From an uncultured Trueperaceae bacterium (GTDB lineage Bacteria; Deinococcota; Deinococci; Deinococcales; Trueperaceae), in contig CAVSGP010000004.1 of assembly GCA_963727505.1 (NCBI GenBank), positions 1-64,000 on the forward strand: DNA of 64,000 nucleotides. The letters are read 5' to 3'. Under the pieces are notes generated by a model. It did no database searches, was not told the DNA's origin, and worked only from the letters and a program-made list of their open reading frames with translations. Position numbers and translations under genes: made by a program. Positions 44,978 to 57,180 of this stretch are shown here, one piece after another. The stretch's first letter is position 1, and each line of letters opens with the position of its first letter.

Positions 44978-45910
44978 GTGACCACACCCTCCGCCACCCT
45001 GGGCCGCGAGGACCATGTCGAGGGCCGTTCGCTCCTCCAAGACGCGACGCGACGCTTCCGCCGACACCCCACCGGCGTGACCGGCATGGCGATCATCGTG
45101 TTCTTCGTGGCCGTCACCATCCTCGCGCCGGTCCTGCGGCCGGTCGATCCTCTGAGGATCAACCTGCGCGACCGCATGCTGCCGCCCACCTGGACGATGA
45201 GCTCGCAAGAGCTCGAGCAGAAGAACCTGAACCGCTGGTCCTACCCGTTCGGGACCGACGTGCAGGGCCGCGACATGCTTGTGAGGGTGCTCTACGGTGG
45301 CCGTATCAGCCTCCGCGTCGGCCTCGAGGCCGTGGCCATGGCGGCCCTGGTGGGCACTGTGCTGGGCCTCATGGCAGGCTACTTCGGGGGTTGGCTCGAC
45401 ACCTTCATCGTCTGGTTCGTCGACATCCTGCTGGCGTTCCCCGGCATCCTGCTGGCCATCGCCATCGTGGCGGCACTGGGCCAGAGCCTGCTCAACGCGC
45501 TGATCGCCATCAGCATCACATACGTACCGGTCTATATCCGCATCGTCCGGTCGGTGACGCTGAGCCTGCGAGAGTCGGAGTACGTGCAGGCGGCGCGCGC
45601 GCTGGGTTCCCGCTCGGGGCGGATCATCGTTGCCCACGTGCTTCCCAACGGTCTGTCGCCGCTGATGGTGCAGCTCACCCTGTCGATCGGGACCGCCATC
45701 CTCGACGTCGCCGCGCTCGGCTTCCTGGGCCTCGGTGCGCGCCCCCCGACGCCCGAATGGGGGGCGATGATCTCCGACGGGTTCGGGCGTTTCCGGATCG
45801 CACCCTGGCTGTCGATCGTGCCGGGCATCGCCATCTTCTTCTCGGTCGTCGGCTTCAACCTTCTCGGCGACGCCATCCGGGACGTGCTCGACCCGCGCTT
45901 GAAGAACTAA
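44978..45910 (+). CDS. Peptide ABC permease (DppC-like)
   Basis: GTD.QGRD, EYVQAARALG, PPTPEWG, LGDAIRDVLDPR. Confidence 0.92.
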   Translation: MTTPSATLGREDHVEGRSLLQDATRRFRRHPTGVTGMAIIVFFVAVTILAPVLRPVDPLRINLRDRMLPPTWTMSSQELEQKNLNRWSYPFGTDVQGRDMLVRVLYGGRISLRVGLEAVAMAALVGTVLGLMAGYFGGWLDTFIVWFVDILLAFPGILLAIAIVAALGQSLLNALIAISITYVPVYIRIVRSVTLSLRESEYVQAARALGSRSGRIIVAHVLPNGLSPLMVQLTLSIGTAILDVAALGFLGLGARPPTPEWGAMISDGFGRFRIAPWLSIVPGIAIFFSVVGFNLLGDAIRDVLDPRLKN

Positions 45911-45977
45911 CCGTCATCGCGCGTAACGCGCGATGACGCGCCTTGTGGGCGGCGCCAGCGGGAACGTAAGCTGGGCC

Positions 45978-47330
45978 ATGCCGGAGCTCCCAACGGGTCT
46001 GCGTAGCGACCAGATCGACACCTCGCGGGCGGTGCGCGAGCAGCATGGTCGCGGCGAGTCGTTCAGCGAGACCGCGCTCCCCGACGCGGTGCTCTTCCCG
46101 GAGAGCGCCGCGGAGGTGGCGCGCATCGTGCGGTTCTCTGCCGAGCACGGCATCCCGCTGACGCCGGTGGGGGCCAACTCCAGCCTCGAGGGACATACGG
46201 TCCCGCTCTCCGGCGGCTTCTCGGTCGATATGACCCGCATGGACCGCATCCTGGAGCTGCGTCCCGAGGACTTCCTGGCCGTCGTGGAGCCGGGCGTGGG
46301 TTACCGCAGCCTCAACGAGCGCGCGCGTCACAGCGGGATCTTCTTCCCGATCGATCCCGGGGCGCACGCCACCCTGGGAGGGATGGTGTCCACCAACGCC
46401 TCGGGTACCATGGCGGTTCGCTACGGCGTCACCGGTGACTACGTATTGGGCCTGCAGGTCGTGACCGCCGACGGCGCCGTGGTGCGCGTGGGCAACCGCG
46501 CGCGCAAGAGCTCGGCGGGGTACGACCTGTGCAGGCTCTTCACGGGCGCCGAGGGGACGCTGGGGATCATCACCGAGATCACCCTGCGCCTGGTCGGGCT
46601 GCCGGAGGCGGCTTCGGCGGCGCGCGTGCCGTTCCCGGACGCTGAGCATGCCACGCGGTACGTCACCCGACTCATCCAGTCGGGCGTGCCCGTGGCCCGC
46701 TGCGAGATCATCGACGCACGCAGCGTCCGTGCCGTGAACGCTTACGCCGGAACGGACTATCCGGAGCAGATGACGGTCTTCCTGGAGTTCCATGGCAACC
46801 CTGCCGGCGTCGCGGCCGACGCCGCGCTCGCCCAGGACCTCGCCGCAAACGCCGGTGCGCTCGGCTTCGAGGCCGCCAGCGAGGCCTCCGAGCGCGAACG
46901 GCTGTGGGAAGCGCGGCACAAGACCTTCTACGCCACCGTGGCCGACAATCCGGGCAAACGCAGCATCGTCACCGACGTGGCCGTGCCGATCGCGTCGCTC
47001 CCTGCGGCGGTGAGCGAGGCGCTCGCGGACTGCGACCGCGAGCGCCTCGCCGCCTACCTGGTAGGGCACGTGGGCGACGGCAACTTCCACCTCGCTATCT
47101 TCTTCGGGGACGACGATGCCGAGCGCCTCCGTGCCGAGGACGTCACGCACCGGATGGTCCGGCGTGCCCTGGCGGTGGGTGGCACCTGCACCGGCGAGCA
47201 CGGGGTGGGGGCGCGCAAGCTCCGCTACATGCAGGAAGAGCACGGCGACGCGCTCGGCTTGATGCGGCGCATCAAGCGTACGCTCGACCCTGCCGGGATC
47301 ATGAATCCCGGGAAGAAGATCCCGGACTGA
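45978..47330 (+). CDS. FAD-linked oxidase (D-lactate dehydrogenase/GlcD family)
   Basis: SSLEGH, DPGA.ATLGGM, GAEGTLG, GHVGDGNFH, GEHGVG, DP.GIMNPGK. Confidence 0.92.
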   Translation: MPELPTGLRSDQIDTSRAVREQHGRGESFSETALPDAVLFPESAAEVARIVRFSAEHGIPLTPVGANSSLEGHTVPLSGGFSVDMTRMDRILELRPEDFLAVVEPGVGYRSLNERARHSGIFFPIDPGAHATLGGMVSTNASGTMAVRYGVTGDYVLGLQVVTADGAVVRVGNRARKSSAGYDLCRLFTGAEGTLGIITEITLRLVGLPEAASAARVPFPDAEHATRYVTRLIQSGVPVARCEIIDARSVRAVNAYAGTDYPEQMTVFLEFHGNPAGVAADAALAQDLAANAGALGFEAASEASERERLWEARHKTFYATVADNPGKRSIVTDVAVPIASLPAAVSEALADCDRERLAAYLVGHVGDGNFHLAIFFGDDDAERLRAEDVTHRMVRRALAVGGTCTGEHGVGARKLRYMQEEHGDALGLMRRIKRTLDPAGIMNPGKKIPD

Positions 47331-47931
47331 CCTCCGTGTCGCCGCTCTCTCCCGTGTTGCTGCCGTTCATGGGACGGAAGCGCAGCATCCAGTGCCGGAT
47401 CAGGGGGCGGAGCCGGTTGAGCAGGTAGAGCGACGGGATCAACAGGATCAGTGCCAGCCACAACACCGTGTCCGAGACGAGGACGGCGCTGCCCAGCCAG
47501 GCGCTGCCGATCAACCATGGGGTCCGGGCGATCATGGCGGCGATCCACAGCTCGGTGAGGGGAAGCGAAGTGAGGCCGGAGAGCAGCACCACGAAATCCA
47601 GGTTGAGCAGGAAATAGAGCACTCCCCAGACCGCCACCGAGCGGATGCCGAGGAGCTCCTCCCACTCGTCCAGCGCCTCGCGACGGACCAGCAGCGCCAA
47701 CAGCGGCCGGCCGATCCTGCGTGCCAGCAACAGACCGACCAGGGCGCCCAGGCCCAGGCCGAAGATGCCGTAGACCACGGCGGCGAAGAAGCCGAAGGCC
47801 TTGCCCCCCAACGCGCCGACCAGCGGCGTGGGGATGAACGGGAGGAGGGCGGTGACCAGGAACGACGCAACGTAGTAGAGAGGCGCGAGCCAGCCGGCGT
47901 CGTTGATAAAGTGCGAGAGGGCTTCGGTCAT
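47299..47931 (-). CDS. TVP38/TMEM64/DedA (VTT domain) membrane protein
   Basis: Hydrophobic; PFIP....GALGG..FG, LARRIGRP. Confidence 0.7.
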   Translation of the reverse strand: MTEALSHFINDAGWLAPLYYVASFLVTALLPFIPTPLVGALGGKAFGFFAAVVYGIFGLGLGALVGLLLARRIGRPLLALLVRREALDEWEELLGIRSVAVWGVLYFLLNLDFVVLLSGLTSLPLTELWIAAMIARTPWLIGSAWLGSAVLVSDTVLWLALILLIPSLYLLNRLRPLIRHWMLRFRPMNGSNTGESGDTEVSPGSSSRDS

Positions 47932-48037
47932 CGGGTCGCGTCCCATCGTACGGCCAAAACCGCCCTCGAGGCATCGCGCGTGACCGGTCGGACGGCGAAC
48001 GCCGGCCGGGAATCCGGGGCTCGAGGAGGAGAGTGAC

Positions 48038-49075
48038 ATGGCAGGCGGCGACATCTACCCTTTGAGGCTCGACATCCGCTACAGTCGGCGGCTCTGGGGC
48101 GGCGACAGGCTGCCGGAGTTCCTGGCGCTGCCCGCCACCGAACCGGGCGCCGAGCCCGTCGGGGAAGGTTGGCTCGTGTACGCGGAGAACGAGGTCCTGA
48201 ACGGCCGCTTCGCCGGGCGCAGCCTGCAGGACGTTGCCGGCACCCTGGGCGTACGGTTGCTGGGGACCGCCAGCGCCGCGCGCTACGGCGACAAGGTGCC
48301 GTTGCTCGCGAAGTTCATCGACGCGGCCGATCGGCTCTCGGTGCAGGTGCATCCGGACGACGCGTACGCCCTGACCCATGAGGCCGCCACCGGACATCTG
48401 GGGAAGAGCGAAGCCTGGTACGTGCTGGAAGCCGCCCCTGACGCGCACGTGCTGTGGGGCTTCCGCGAGGACGTGGACGCCGAACGCGTCCGCGCCGCGG
48501 TCCTCGACGGCTCGCTTCCCGAGCTCATGAACCGCGTGCCCGTCGCGCCCGGCATGGTCATCTACAATCCCGCGGGCACCGTGCACGCCATCGGAAAGGG
48601 CATCCTGCTGTTCGAGATCCAGCAGTCGAGCGACCTCACCTACCGGTTGTTCGACTACTTGCGGCGTGACAGCGCGGGCCAGCAGCGCGAGCTCCATCTC
48701 GAGCGTGCGCTCCAAGTGGCCTCCTTGCGTGGCGGCAACCGCGCGCGGCGCAAGCCGGTGCCGCTGGACGAAGGCTGGCGCCGGCTCGTCGGCTGCGAGC
48801 ACTTCGTGATGGACGCCGTCGATCTCGATGGAGGCGTGCGTGCGGGCAGGACCGATCCCAGCAGCCTGCAGATCCTGGTGGTGACCCGTGGCGGAGCCAC
48901 GCTGCACTGGTCGGGCGGCGAGGAGCGGCTCACCCGCGGCGGCGCCATCGTGTTGCCTGCCTCGCTCGGCCGTTACCGGCTCCAGGGCGAGGGGGAGGCG
49001 CTCCGCTGCGCGGTGGCGCCGCCCGACGCATCCTCTGCGCCGAGCGGGCAGCGCGTCGAAGGGGAGGGTGAGTGA
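48038..49075 (+). CDS. manA: Type I phosphomannose isomerase
   Basis: LWGG, PLLAKFIDA.DRLSVQVHPDD, GKSEAWY, AGTVHA, EIQQSSDLTYRLFD. Confidence 0.92.
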   Translation: MAGGDIYPLRLDIRYSRRLWGGDRLPEFLALPATEPGAEPVGEGWLVYAENEVLNGRFAGRSLQDVAGTLGVRLLGTASAARYGDKVPLLAKFIDAADRLSVQVHPDDAYALTHEAATGHLGKSEAWYVLEAAPDAHVLWGFREDVDAERVRAAVLDGSLPELMNRVPVAPGMVIYNPAGTVHAIGKGILLFEIQQSSDLTYRLFDYLRRDSAGQQRELHLERALQVASLRGGNRARRKPVPLDEGWRRLVGCEHFVMDAVDLDGGVRAGRTDPSSLQILVVTRGGATLHWSGGEERLTRGGAIVLPASLGRYRLQGEGEALRCAVAPPDASSAPSGQRVEGEGE

Positions 49076-50919
49076 GCGCTCCAGCGAAGACACCGACCGG
49101 GGGACGTCCGCGCGGTGCCCTCGCGCGTCTGGTAGCGTTGCTCGCGCCCTATCGGGGCCGGGTGTTGGCGCTGTCGGCGGTGATCGCTGTTGGCGCGCTG
49201 GTGGCGCAGCTCGCACCCCAGTTCGCGCGTATCGTCATCGACGTGGCCATCCCCAAGGGGCAGGCGCGTATCTTCCTGCTGCTGGCGCTGGCGATGGCAG
49301 CCTTCTATGTGCTGCGCGAGGCCCTGGCGTTCGTCTCGATGTACTTCAGCTACGCGCTCACCCAGCGCGTCATCCACGACCTGCGGACCACGGCGTACGC
49401 CCATCTGTTGCACCTGCCGATGGCGCGCTTCACCAGGGAGCGATCCGGTTCGCTGGTCGCGCGCGTCGTATCCGACGTCAACGCCCTCGAATCCATGATC
49501 CAGGCCGGTGCCTCGCGCATCCTGGGCCGGTTGTTCGGCATCCTGGTGGTGCTGGCGATCCTGTTCGCGATGAACTGGCTGCTGGCGCTGGTCTGCCTGG
49601 TACTGGTAGGGGCGATGGCCCTCATCACGTTGCGCTTCCAGGAGCCGTTGCGCCGCTTGTCGCGCCGCATCCGATCCCAGGTCGGCGAGTTGACCGCCGT
49701 CGCCAGCGAGGCGATCCAGAACGCAGGCGTGGTGAAGCTCTTCACCGCCGAGGGCGAGGAGCTGGGCCGCTTCCGCGAGGCGAGCGAAGGCTACCGGGCG
49801 TTCGGCATGGCGCGCCGCTGGCAGTCGGGCATGATGCAGGCGGGGGTCGGCCTCAGCTCGGGGCTGGGGACGGGCGCGCTGCTGCTGGTGGGTGGTTGGC
49901 TGATCGTGCTCAAGCAGACGGGGGCGCCGATGCCGCTGGGAGCTGCCTCGCTCAGCACCGGGGAGCTCACGGCTTTCCTGCTCTACGTCAGTGAGCTGGT
50001 GACCCCGGTGGTGTTCGTGCTCAACTTCAACAACCAGCTCCAGGCGGGGGCCGCGGCCTTGGAGCGGATCGACGAGCTGCTGGCCGAAGCACCGGAACGG
50101 GGCGGCGTCGAGCGCCCTGCCACGAAGGGCGACGTGCGCTTCGAAGGCGTCCGCTTCGCCTATCCGGGGTCCGACGCCCGCGCGCTCGACGGCTTCGATC
50201 TCGAAGTGAAGGCCGGATCGACCGTTGCCCTGGTCGGCCCCTCGGGGGCAGGGAAGAGCACCGTGGTCAAGCTTCTCGGTAGGTTGTACGACCCGCAAGC
50301 GGGTGTGGTGCGCGTCGGCGGCCGCGACCTGCGCGAGCTCGAGCTGGACGCCCTCCGTGGCGCGCTTGCCGTCGTGCCCCAGGACCCCACGCTCTTCTCG
50401 GGCAGCGTCCGCGACAACATCCGCTACGCCAGGCCGGACGCGGATGATGCCTCGGTCACCGGCGCGGCGCGCATGGCCAACGCCCTGTCCTTCATCGAGG
50501 CCCTGCCGCGGGGCCTCGACACCGAAGTGGGGGAGCGTGGCGTGAAGCTCTCCGGAGGCCAGAAGCAACGCATCGCCATCGCACGGGCCCTGCTCCGGGG
50601 CGCCACGCTGCTGGTGCTGGACGAGGCCACTTCCAGCCTCGACAGCGAGTCGGAGTCCGTGATCCAGGACGCACTGTCCGGTCTCTTCGCCGGCGACCGC
50701 GACATCACGAGCATCGTCATCGCCCACCGGCTGTCCACCGTGCGCGACGCCGACCGGATCGCCGTGGTCGATGCCGGGCGCGTGGTCGAGCAGGGGCGGC
50801 ACGAGACGCTGCTGCGCCGCGGAGGCCTCTATGCTCGGCTCCACGCCATCCAGCAGGAGGGGGCCCGTCGGAACGTCGGCCTCGCGGAGGGGGCGGATGC
50901 CGTCACCTCGCGCGAGTGA
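49072..50919 (+). CDS. ABC exporter, fused permease/ATPase (MsbA-like)
   Basis: TM domain plus GPSGAGKST, LSGGQKQR, DEATSSLD. Confidence 0.92.
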   Translation: MSAPAKTPTGGRPRGALARLVALLAPYRGRVLALSAVIAVGALVAQLAPQFARIVIDVAIPKGQARIFLLLALAMAAFYVLREALAFVSMYFSYALTQRVIHDLRTTAYAHLLHLPMARFTRERSGSLVARVVSDVNALESMIQAGASRILGRLFGILVVLAILFAMNWLLALVCLVLVGAMALITLRFQEPLRRLSRRIRSQVGELTAVASEAIQNAGVVKLFTAEGEELGRFREASEGYRAFGMARRWQSGMMQAGVGLSSGLGTGALLLVGGWLIVLKQTGAPMPLGAASLSTGELTAFLLYVSELVTPVVFVLNFNNQLQAGAAALERIDELLAEAPERGGVERPATKGDVRFEGVRFAYPGSDARALDGFDLEVKAGSTVALVGPSGAGKSTVVKLLGRLYDPQAGVVRVGGRDLRELELDALRGALAVVPQDPTLFSGSVRDNIRYARPDADDASVTGAARMANALSFIEALPRGLDTEVGERGVKLSGGQKQRIAIARALLRGATLLVLDEATSSLDSESESVIQDALSGLFAGDRDITSIVIAHRLSTVRDADRIAVVDAGRVVEQGRHETLLRRGGLYARLHAIQQEGARRNVGLAEGADAVTSRE

Positions 50920-51006
50920 CCGGGCCGCCACGGCCGGGTGCATCGCTCGGACCGCGCGCAGCCCGGTCCCCGTGTCGGCTCGAGCGGCTCACGAACGTCG
51001 AGGCGC

Positions 51007-51633
51007 GTGAACCACGCGCGCCCTACTCTCCTCCGGGTGGCGCTCGGCTCGGGCAACCCCGCCAAGCGGCGGGGCGTCGAGGCCGCGCTCGGCAAGGTGC
51101 AACCGTACGTGCAGGCCGAGGTCGTATGCTTCGAGGTTCCCTCCGGCGTGCGCGACCAGCCGTGGGGCGACGAGGAGACGCTGCGGGGAGCTGAGAACCG
51201 CGCGGCCGCGGCGCTGGGGCAGATGCGCGCGTCCGAGGCGCCGGTCGACCCGCCAGCCGCGGACCCGCCAGCCACCGACACCGGCGGCCTCGGCGCCATC
51301 GCCATCGGCATCGAAGGCGGGTTGGCGCGAGCGGGCTCTACGGTATGGAGCTTCTCGTGGGCCGTGGCGCTCCACGCCGACGGTTCCCGCGGGGCGGCCC
51401 GCAGCGCCGCGTTCGCGCTGCCACCGCGTGTCACGGGGCTGCTCGAGACGGGCATCGAGCTCGGTGACGCCATCGACCGGGTGTTCGCTGTGCACGGGAG
51501 CAAGCGGGCGGACGGTGCCGTCGGGCTGCTCACTTCCGGCGCCCTCGATCGAGCCGGCCTCTACGCCCAGGTCGTCGTGCTGGCGCTCATGCCGCTGCTA
51601 CGCCGCGATCTCTTCGTCGACGGGCCCGCCTGA
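51007..51633 (+). CDS. yjjX: Inosine/xanthosine triphosphatase (YjjX/DUF84 family)
   Basis: GS.NPAK, VPSGV.DQP, GA.NRA, GIEGG, ELG...D, GAVGLLT. Confidence 0.85.
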   Translation: MNHARPTLLRVALGSGNPAKRRGVEAALGKVQPYVQAEVVCFEVPSGVRDQPWGDEETLRGAENRAAAALGQMRASEAPVDPPAADPPATDTGGLGAIAIGIEGGLARAGSTVWSFSWAVALHADGSRGAARSAAFALPPRVTGLLETGIELGDAIDRVFAVHGSKRADGAVGLLTSGALDRAGLYAQVVVLALMPLLRRDLFVDGPA

Positions 51634-51738
51634 CGGCCCGCGGCGGGCCCACCGCGGGCCCGTGGTGTCCACGCGAACGGCCGCCGGACGAGATGTCCGG
51701 CGGCCGTTCGATCACGGGTCTGTCGGAACGCGGCCTGC

Positions 51739-54129
<2,391 letters not shown>

Positions 54130-54236
54130 GCCTCAGTAAACCCCGCCGGCCGCCTCGGGCTCCGTAAGGTGGCTGACGACCCACGGGCGCGGCGCGGCGG
54201 ACCGCTGTGCGCTCCGTCGACGCGCCGCGGCGGTTC

Positions 54237-55613
54237 TCAGCGCCGGTACGTCTGGCCGGGCTCCGGGATGGTGACGCGCCGCCCGCGCTCGCGCAGGTCG
54301 GCCGAGAAGGCGTCCATGACGTCGCTCTCGCCGTGCACCAGGAACACCTCGGCGTCGCCGCTGCCAGCCAGCCAGTGGAGAAGGTCGTCGTGATCGCCGT
54401 GGGCGGAGAACCCGTTGATGGTGTGGATCCGGGCCTTCACCCTGATCTCATCGCCGTAGATGTGCACGCGCTTGGCCCCTCCGACCAGGGCGCGACCGAG
54501 GGTGCCGGACGCCTGGTAGCCCACCACGACCACGCTCGCGTCCTCACGCCAGAGGTTGTGCTTGAGGTGATGAAGGATGCGGCCGCCGGTCATCATGCCC
54601 GACCCGGCCAGGATGATGGCGCCCCCGGTGATGTCGTTGATCGCCTTGGACGCTTCGCTATCGACGGTGAACTCCAGCGTCGGCGGCGCGAACGGATCCC
54701 GCCCCTCGGCCAGCACGGCCTTGACCTCGTCGCGGAACTCGTTCTCGCCGTTCTCGTAGAACCTCGTCATGCGCGTGGCCATGGGGGAGTCGAGGAAGAC
54801 GCGCGCATCGGGAAGGGCGCCGCGCTCCATCAAACGACGGATCTCGTAGAGGACCGCCTGGCTCCGTTCGAGCGCGAACGTCGGGATCAGCACGTTTCCG
54901 CCGCGCGAGAGCGAGCTCGACAGGACCTCCGCGAACTCGGCCTCGGTGGCGGCGCGGCTCCGGTGGTTGCGCTCGGCGTAGGTGGACTCGATCAGCACCA
55001 GATCGCAGGCCCGCGCCGGCTCGGCCGGGGCCTGCAGCGCGCTCTCGCGGTTGCCGAGGTCGCCGGAGAAGGCCACACGCACGCTGCCGTCCTCGAGCTC
55101 GAGCGTGGCGCTGCCGAGGACGTGTCCGGCCGGACGGAAACGTGCCCGCACCTTCGGCGCGACCTCCAGAGGCTCCTCCATCTCGACAGGACGGAAGCGC
55201 TCGAGCGTGCGGTCCACTTCGCGGTCGCCGTAGAGCGGGGGCTGCACCTCGTCCTCGCGGCCGGCCCGGGTCGCCTTGCGCAGCGTCCGCCGGTAGTCCT
55301 CCTCCTGCAGCTTGGCGGCGTCACGCAGGATGACCTCGGCGATGTCGCGCGTCGACCGCGTGGCGAAGATGGGCCCGCGGTATCCCTGTGCGATCAGCAA
55401 CGGCAGGCGACCGACGTGATCGAGGTGGCCGTGGCTGACGCAAACGGCGTCGAGCTCCTGGGGGTCGAAGGGGAAGGGCTCGCGATTGCGAGCCGACAGG
55501 TTGGCGCCGCCCTGGAAGAGCCCGCAGTCGAGAAGCACGCTGGCGTCGTCGAAACGGAGGTGGTGACAGCTGCCGGTCACGGTGCGGGCCGCGCCCGCGC
55601 TCAAGATCTCCAT
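54237..55613 (-). CDS. Metallo-beta-lactamase/beta-CASP RNA-processing nuclease
   Basis: VTGSCH, SHGHLDHVG, AGHVLGSA, ESTY, SGMMTGGR, FSAHGD, VHGE. Confidence 0.93.
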   Translation of the reverse strand: MEILSAGAARTVTGSCHHLRFDDASVLLDCGLFQGGANLSARNREPFPFDPQELDAVCVSHGHLDHVGRLPLLIAQGYRGPIFATRSTRDIAEVILRDAAKLQEEDYRRTLRKATRAGREDEVQPPLYGDREVDRTLERFRPVEMEEPLEVAPKVRARFRPAGHVLGSATLELEDGSVRVAFSGDLGNRESALQAPAEPARACDLVLIESTYAERNHRSRAATEAEFAEVLSSSLSRGGNVLIPTFALERSQAVLYEIRRLMERGALPDARVFLDSPMATRMTRFYENGENEFRDEVKAVLAEGRDPFAPPTLEFTVDSEASKAINDITGGAIILAGSGMMTGGRILHHLKHNLWREDASVVVVGYQASGTLGRALVGGAKRVHIYGDEIRVKARIHTINGFSAHGDHDDLLHWLAGSGDAEVFLVHGESDVMDAFSADLRERGRRVTIPEPGQTYRR

Positions 55614-55692
55614 GGGTCCTCGCCGCCTTCCGCACCCCGGAGGGTGTCGTCCCTATATACTACCGGCGACGCACCGTTCGTCGGAGATTCCC

Positions 55693-56226
55693 GTGTTGGC
55701 CATCGATGCCGTGCATCCCTACGCGACCGTCAGGATCGCTTCACCGGCCGACCTGACGGCCGTGCGAGACGTGGCGTTGACGACGTGGCACGCCACCTAT
55801 GACGGCATTCTCAGCAAACCGACGATCGACGCCTTCCTCCGCCGCGCCTACAGCGACTACCGCATCCTGGCTGCCGTCAACGACGGAGGCCTGTGGGTCC
55901 TGGAGGAAGATGGCCGGGTGGTGGCCTACGAGCGTCTGAGCATGCGCGGTGACGTCGGCTACGTCGGTGCCATCTACGTGCTCCCCGAAGTGCAGCGCCA
56001 CGGTCACGGCCGGCGCCTGCTGGAGACGGCGCGCCCCTGGTTCGCCGCCCGCGGGGCCCAGGAGATCCGCCTCACGGTCGCCGAGCACAATGACGCGGCG
56101 CGCGGCTTCTACCGCCACCTCGGCTTCCAGGAGCGCGAGGCGGTGCACACGCACCTGCTCGGCGAGCCACTGGAAGAGCGCGTGTGCGTCCTGCCCCTGC
56201 TTCAGCCCTACCTGTTCGGCTCCTGA
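55693..56226 (+). CDS. GNAT family N-acetyltransferase
   Basis: IYVLPE.QRHGHGRRLL, N.AARGFYRHLGF; start uncertain. Confidence 0.85.
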   Translation: MLAIDAVHPYATVRIASPADLTAVRDVALTTWHATYDGILSKPTIDAFLRRAYSDYRILAAVNDGGLWVLEEDGRVVAYERLSMRGDVGYVGAIYVLPEVQRHGHGRRLLETARPWFAARGAQEIRLTVAEHNDAARGFYRHLGFQEREAVHTHLLGEPLEERVCVLPLLQPYLFGS

Positions 56227-56236
56227 GCCCTGCACT

Positions 56237-57142
56237 TCACGACGAGGTGCGCCGCCACGTGAGCGCACCGGCCTCGAGGCGGACGTCCACCCGCCCCTGT
56301 TCACGCAGGTAGCTCAGGTAGGCCGAGATCGTGCAGAGGTTGAGGTGGTAGCGGGGGAGATCGGTCAACTCGATGCCCAGCGCCTCGCAGGCGCCGGCCA
56401 GCACCGCTTCCGTGCCCGCGCCCTCGCACGCCTGCTCCACGGCCTCGGCGGCGGCACCGATGGCCGCTCGGTTGGCGTCGGCGGATCTCCCGAGGTCCTC
56501 GCTGGGGTCGCCGTGACCCGGTAGCGCCAGGCGCGCGCCGCTGTCCCTCACGGTCTCGAGGGCGGCGAGCTGGCCGGCGATGTCCTGACCGAACGGCAGG
56601 GCGTACCGGTCGAGCACGCTGTCGCCGAAGAAGGCGTCGGCCGCCAGCAGGACGTCGTCGACGCGCAGCGCGATCTGGCGGTGGGCGTGCCCCGAGGTAT
56701 CGATCACCTCGATCGGCACACCTGCGAGCTCGAGAGGACCCGGCTCGAGCTCGACGTTCACGGGCGACGGCTCGGCTTGGAGCCACTTCGAGGTGAGCTC
56801 CCTCGGCGGCCGTGCGCCGTGGAAGAGGTACACCGGCTCGAGGTACGGCGCTCGCATGATGCTCGCCTCGAACGGGGGCGCGTAGACGGTGATCTCCGGG
56901 AACTGACGCAACAGGTAGGCGTTTCCGCCGAAGTGGTCGGCGTGCGCATGGGTGTTCACGATGGCGGTGGGGGTGACGCCGAGCGCCTCGCAGGCCTTGC
57001 GCACGTTACGGCCGTATTCCTTGTCCTGACCGCTGTCGACGATCACCGCCCGGTCGCCGTCGCCGAGGACCAGGGCGCAGTTGACTCCACCGGGCAGATA
57101 GACCACCCGTTCCGACAAGGGCAAGGGGTCGTTCCGTGCCAC
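56237..57142 (-). CDS. MBL-fold metallo-hydrolase
   Basis: THAHADHFGG, SGHA, ADA, PGHG. Confidence 0.88.
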   Translation of the reverse strand: MARNDPLPLSERVVYLPGGVNCALVLGDGDRAVIVDSGQDKEYGRNVRKACEALGVTPTAIVNTHAHADHFGGNAYLLRQFPEITVYAPPFEASIMRAPYLEPVYLFHGARPPRELTSKWLQAEPSPVNVELEPGPLELAGVPIEVIDTSGHAHRQIALRVDDVLLAADAFFGDSVLDRYALPFGQDIAGQLAALETVRDSGARLALPGHGDPSEDLGRSADANRAAIGAAAEAVEQACEGAGTEAVLAGACEALGIELTDLPRYHLNLCTISAYLSYLREQGRVDVRLEAGALTWRRTSS

Positions 57143-57180
57143 ACCGCCTCCTCTCCCGCATGCGCGCCGCCGGCCGGCGC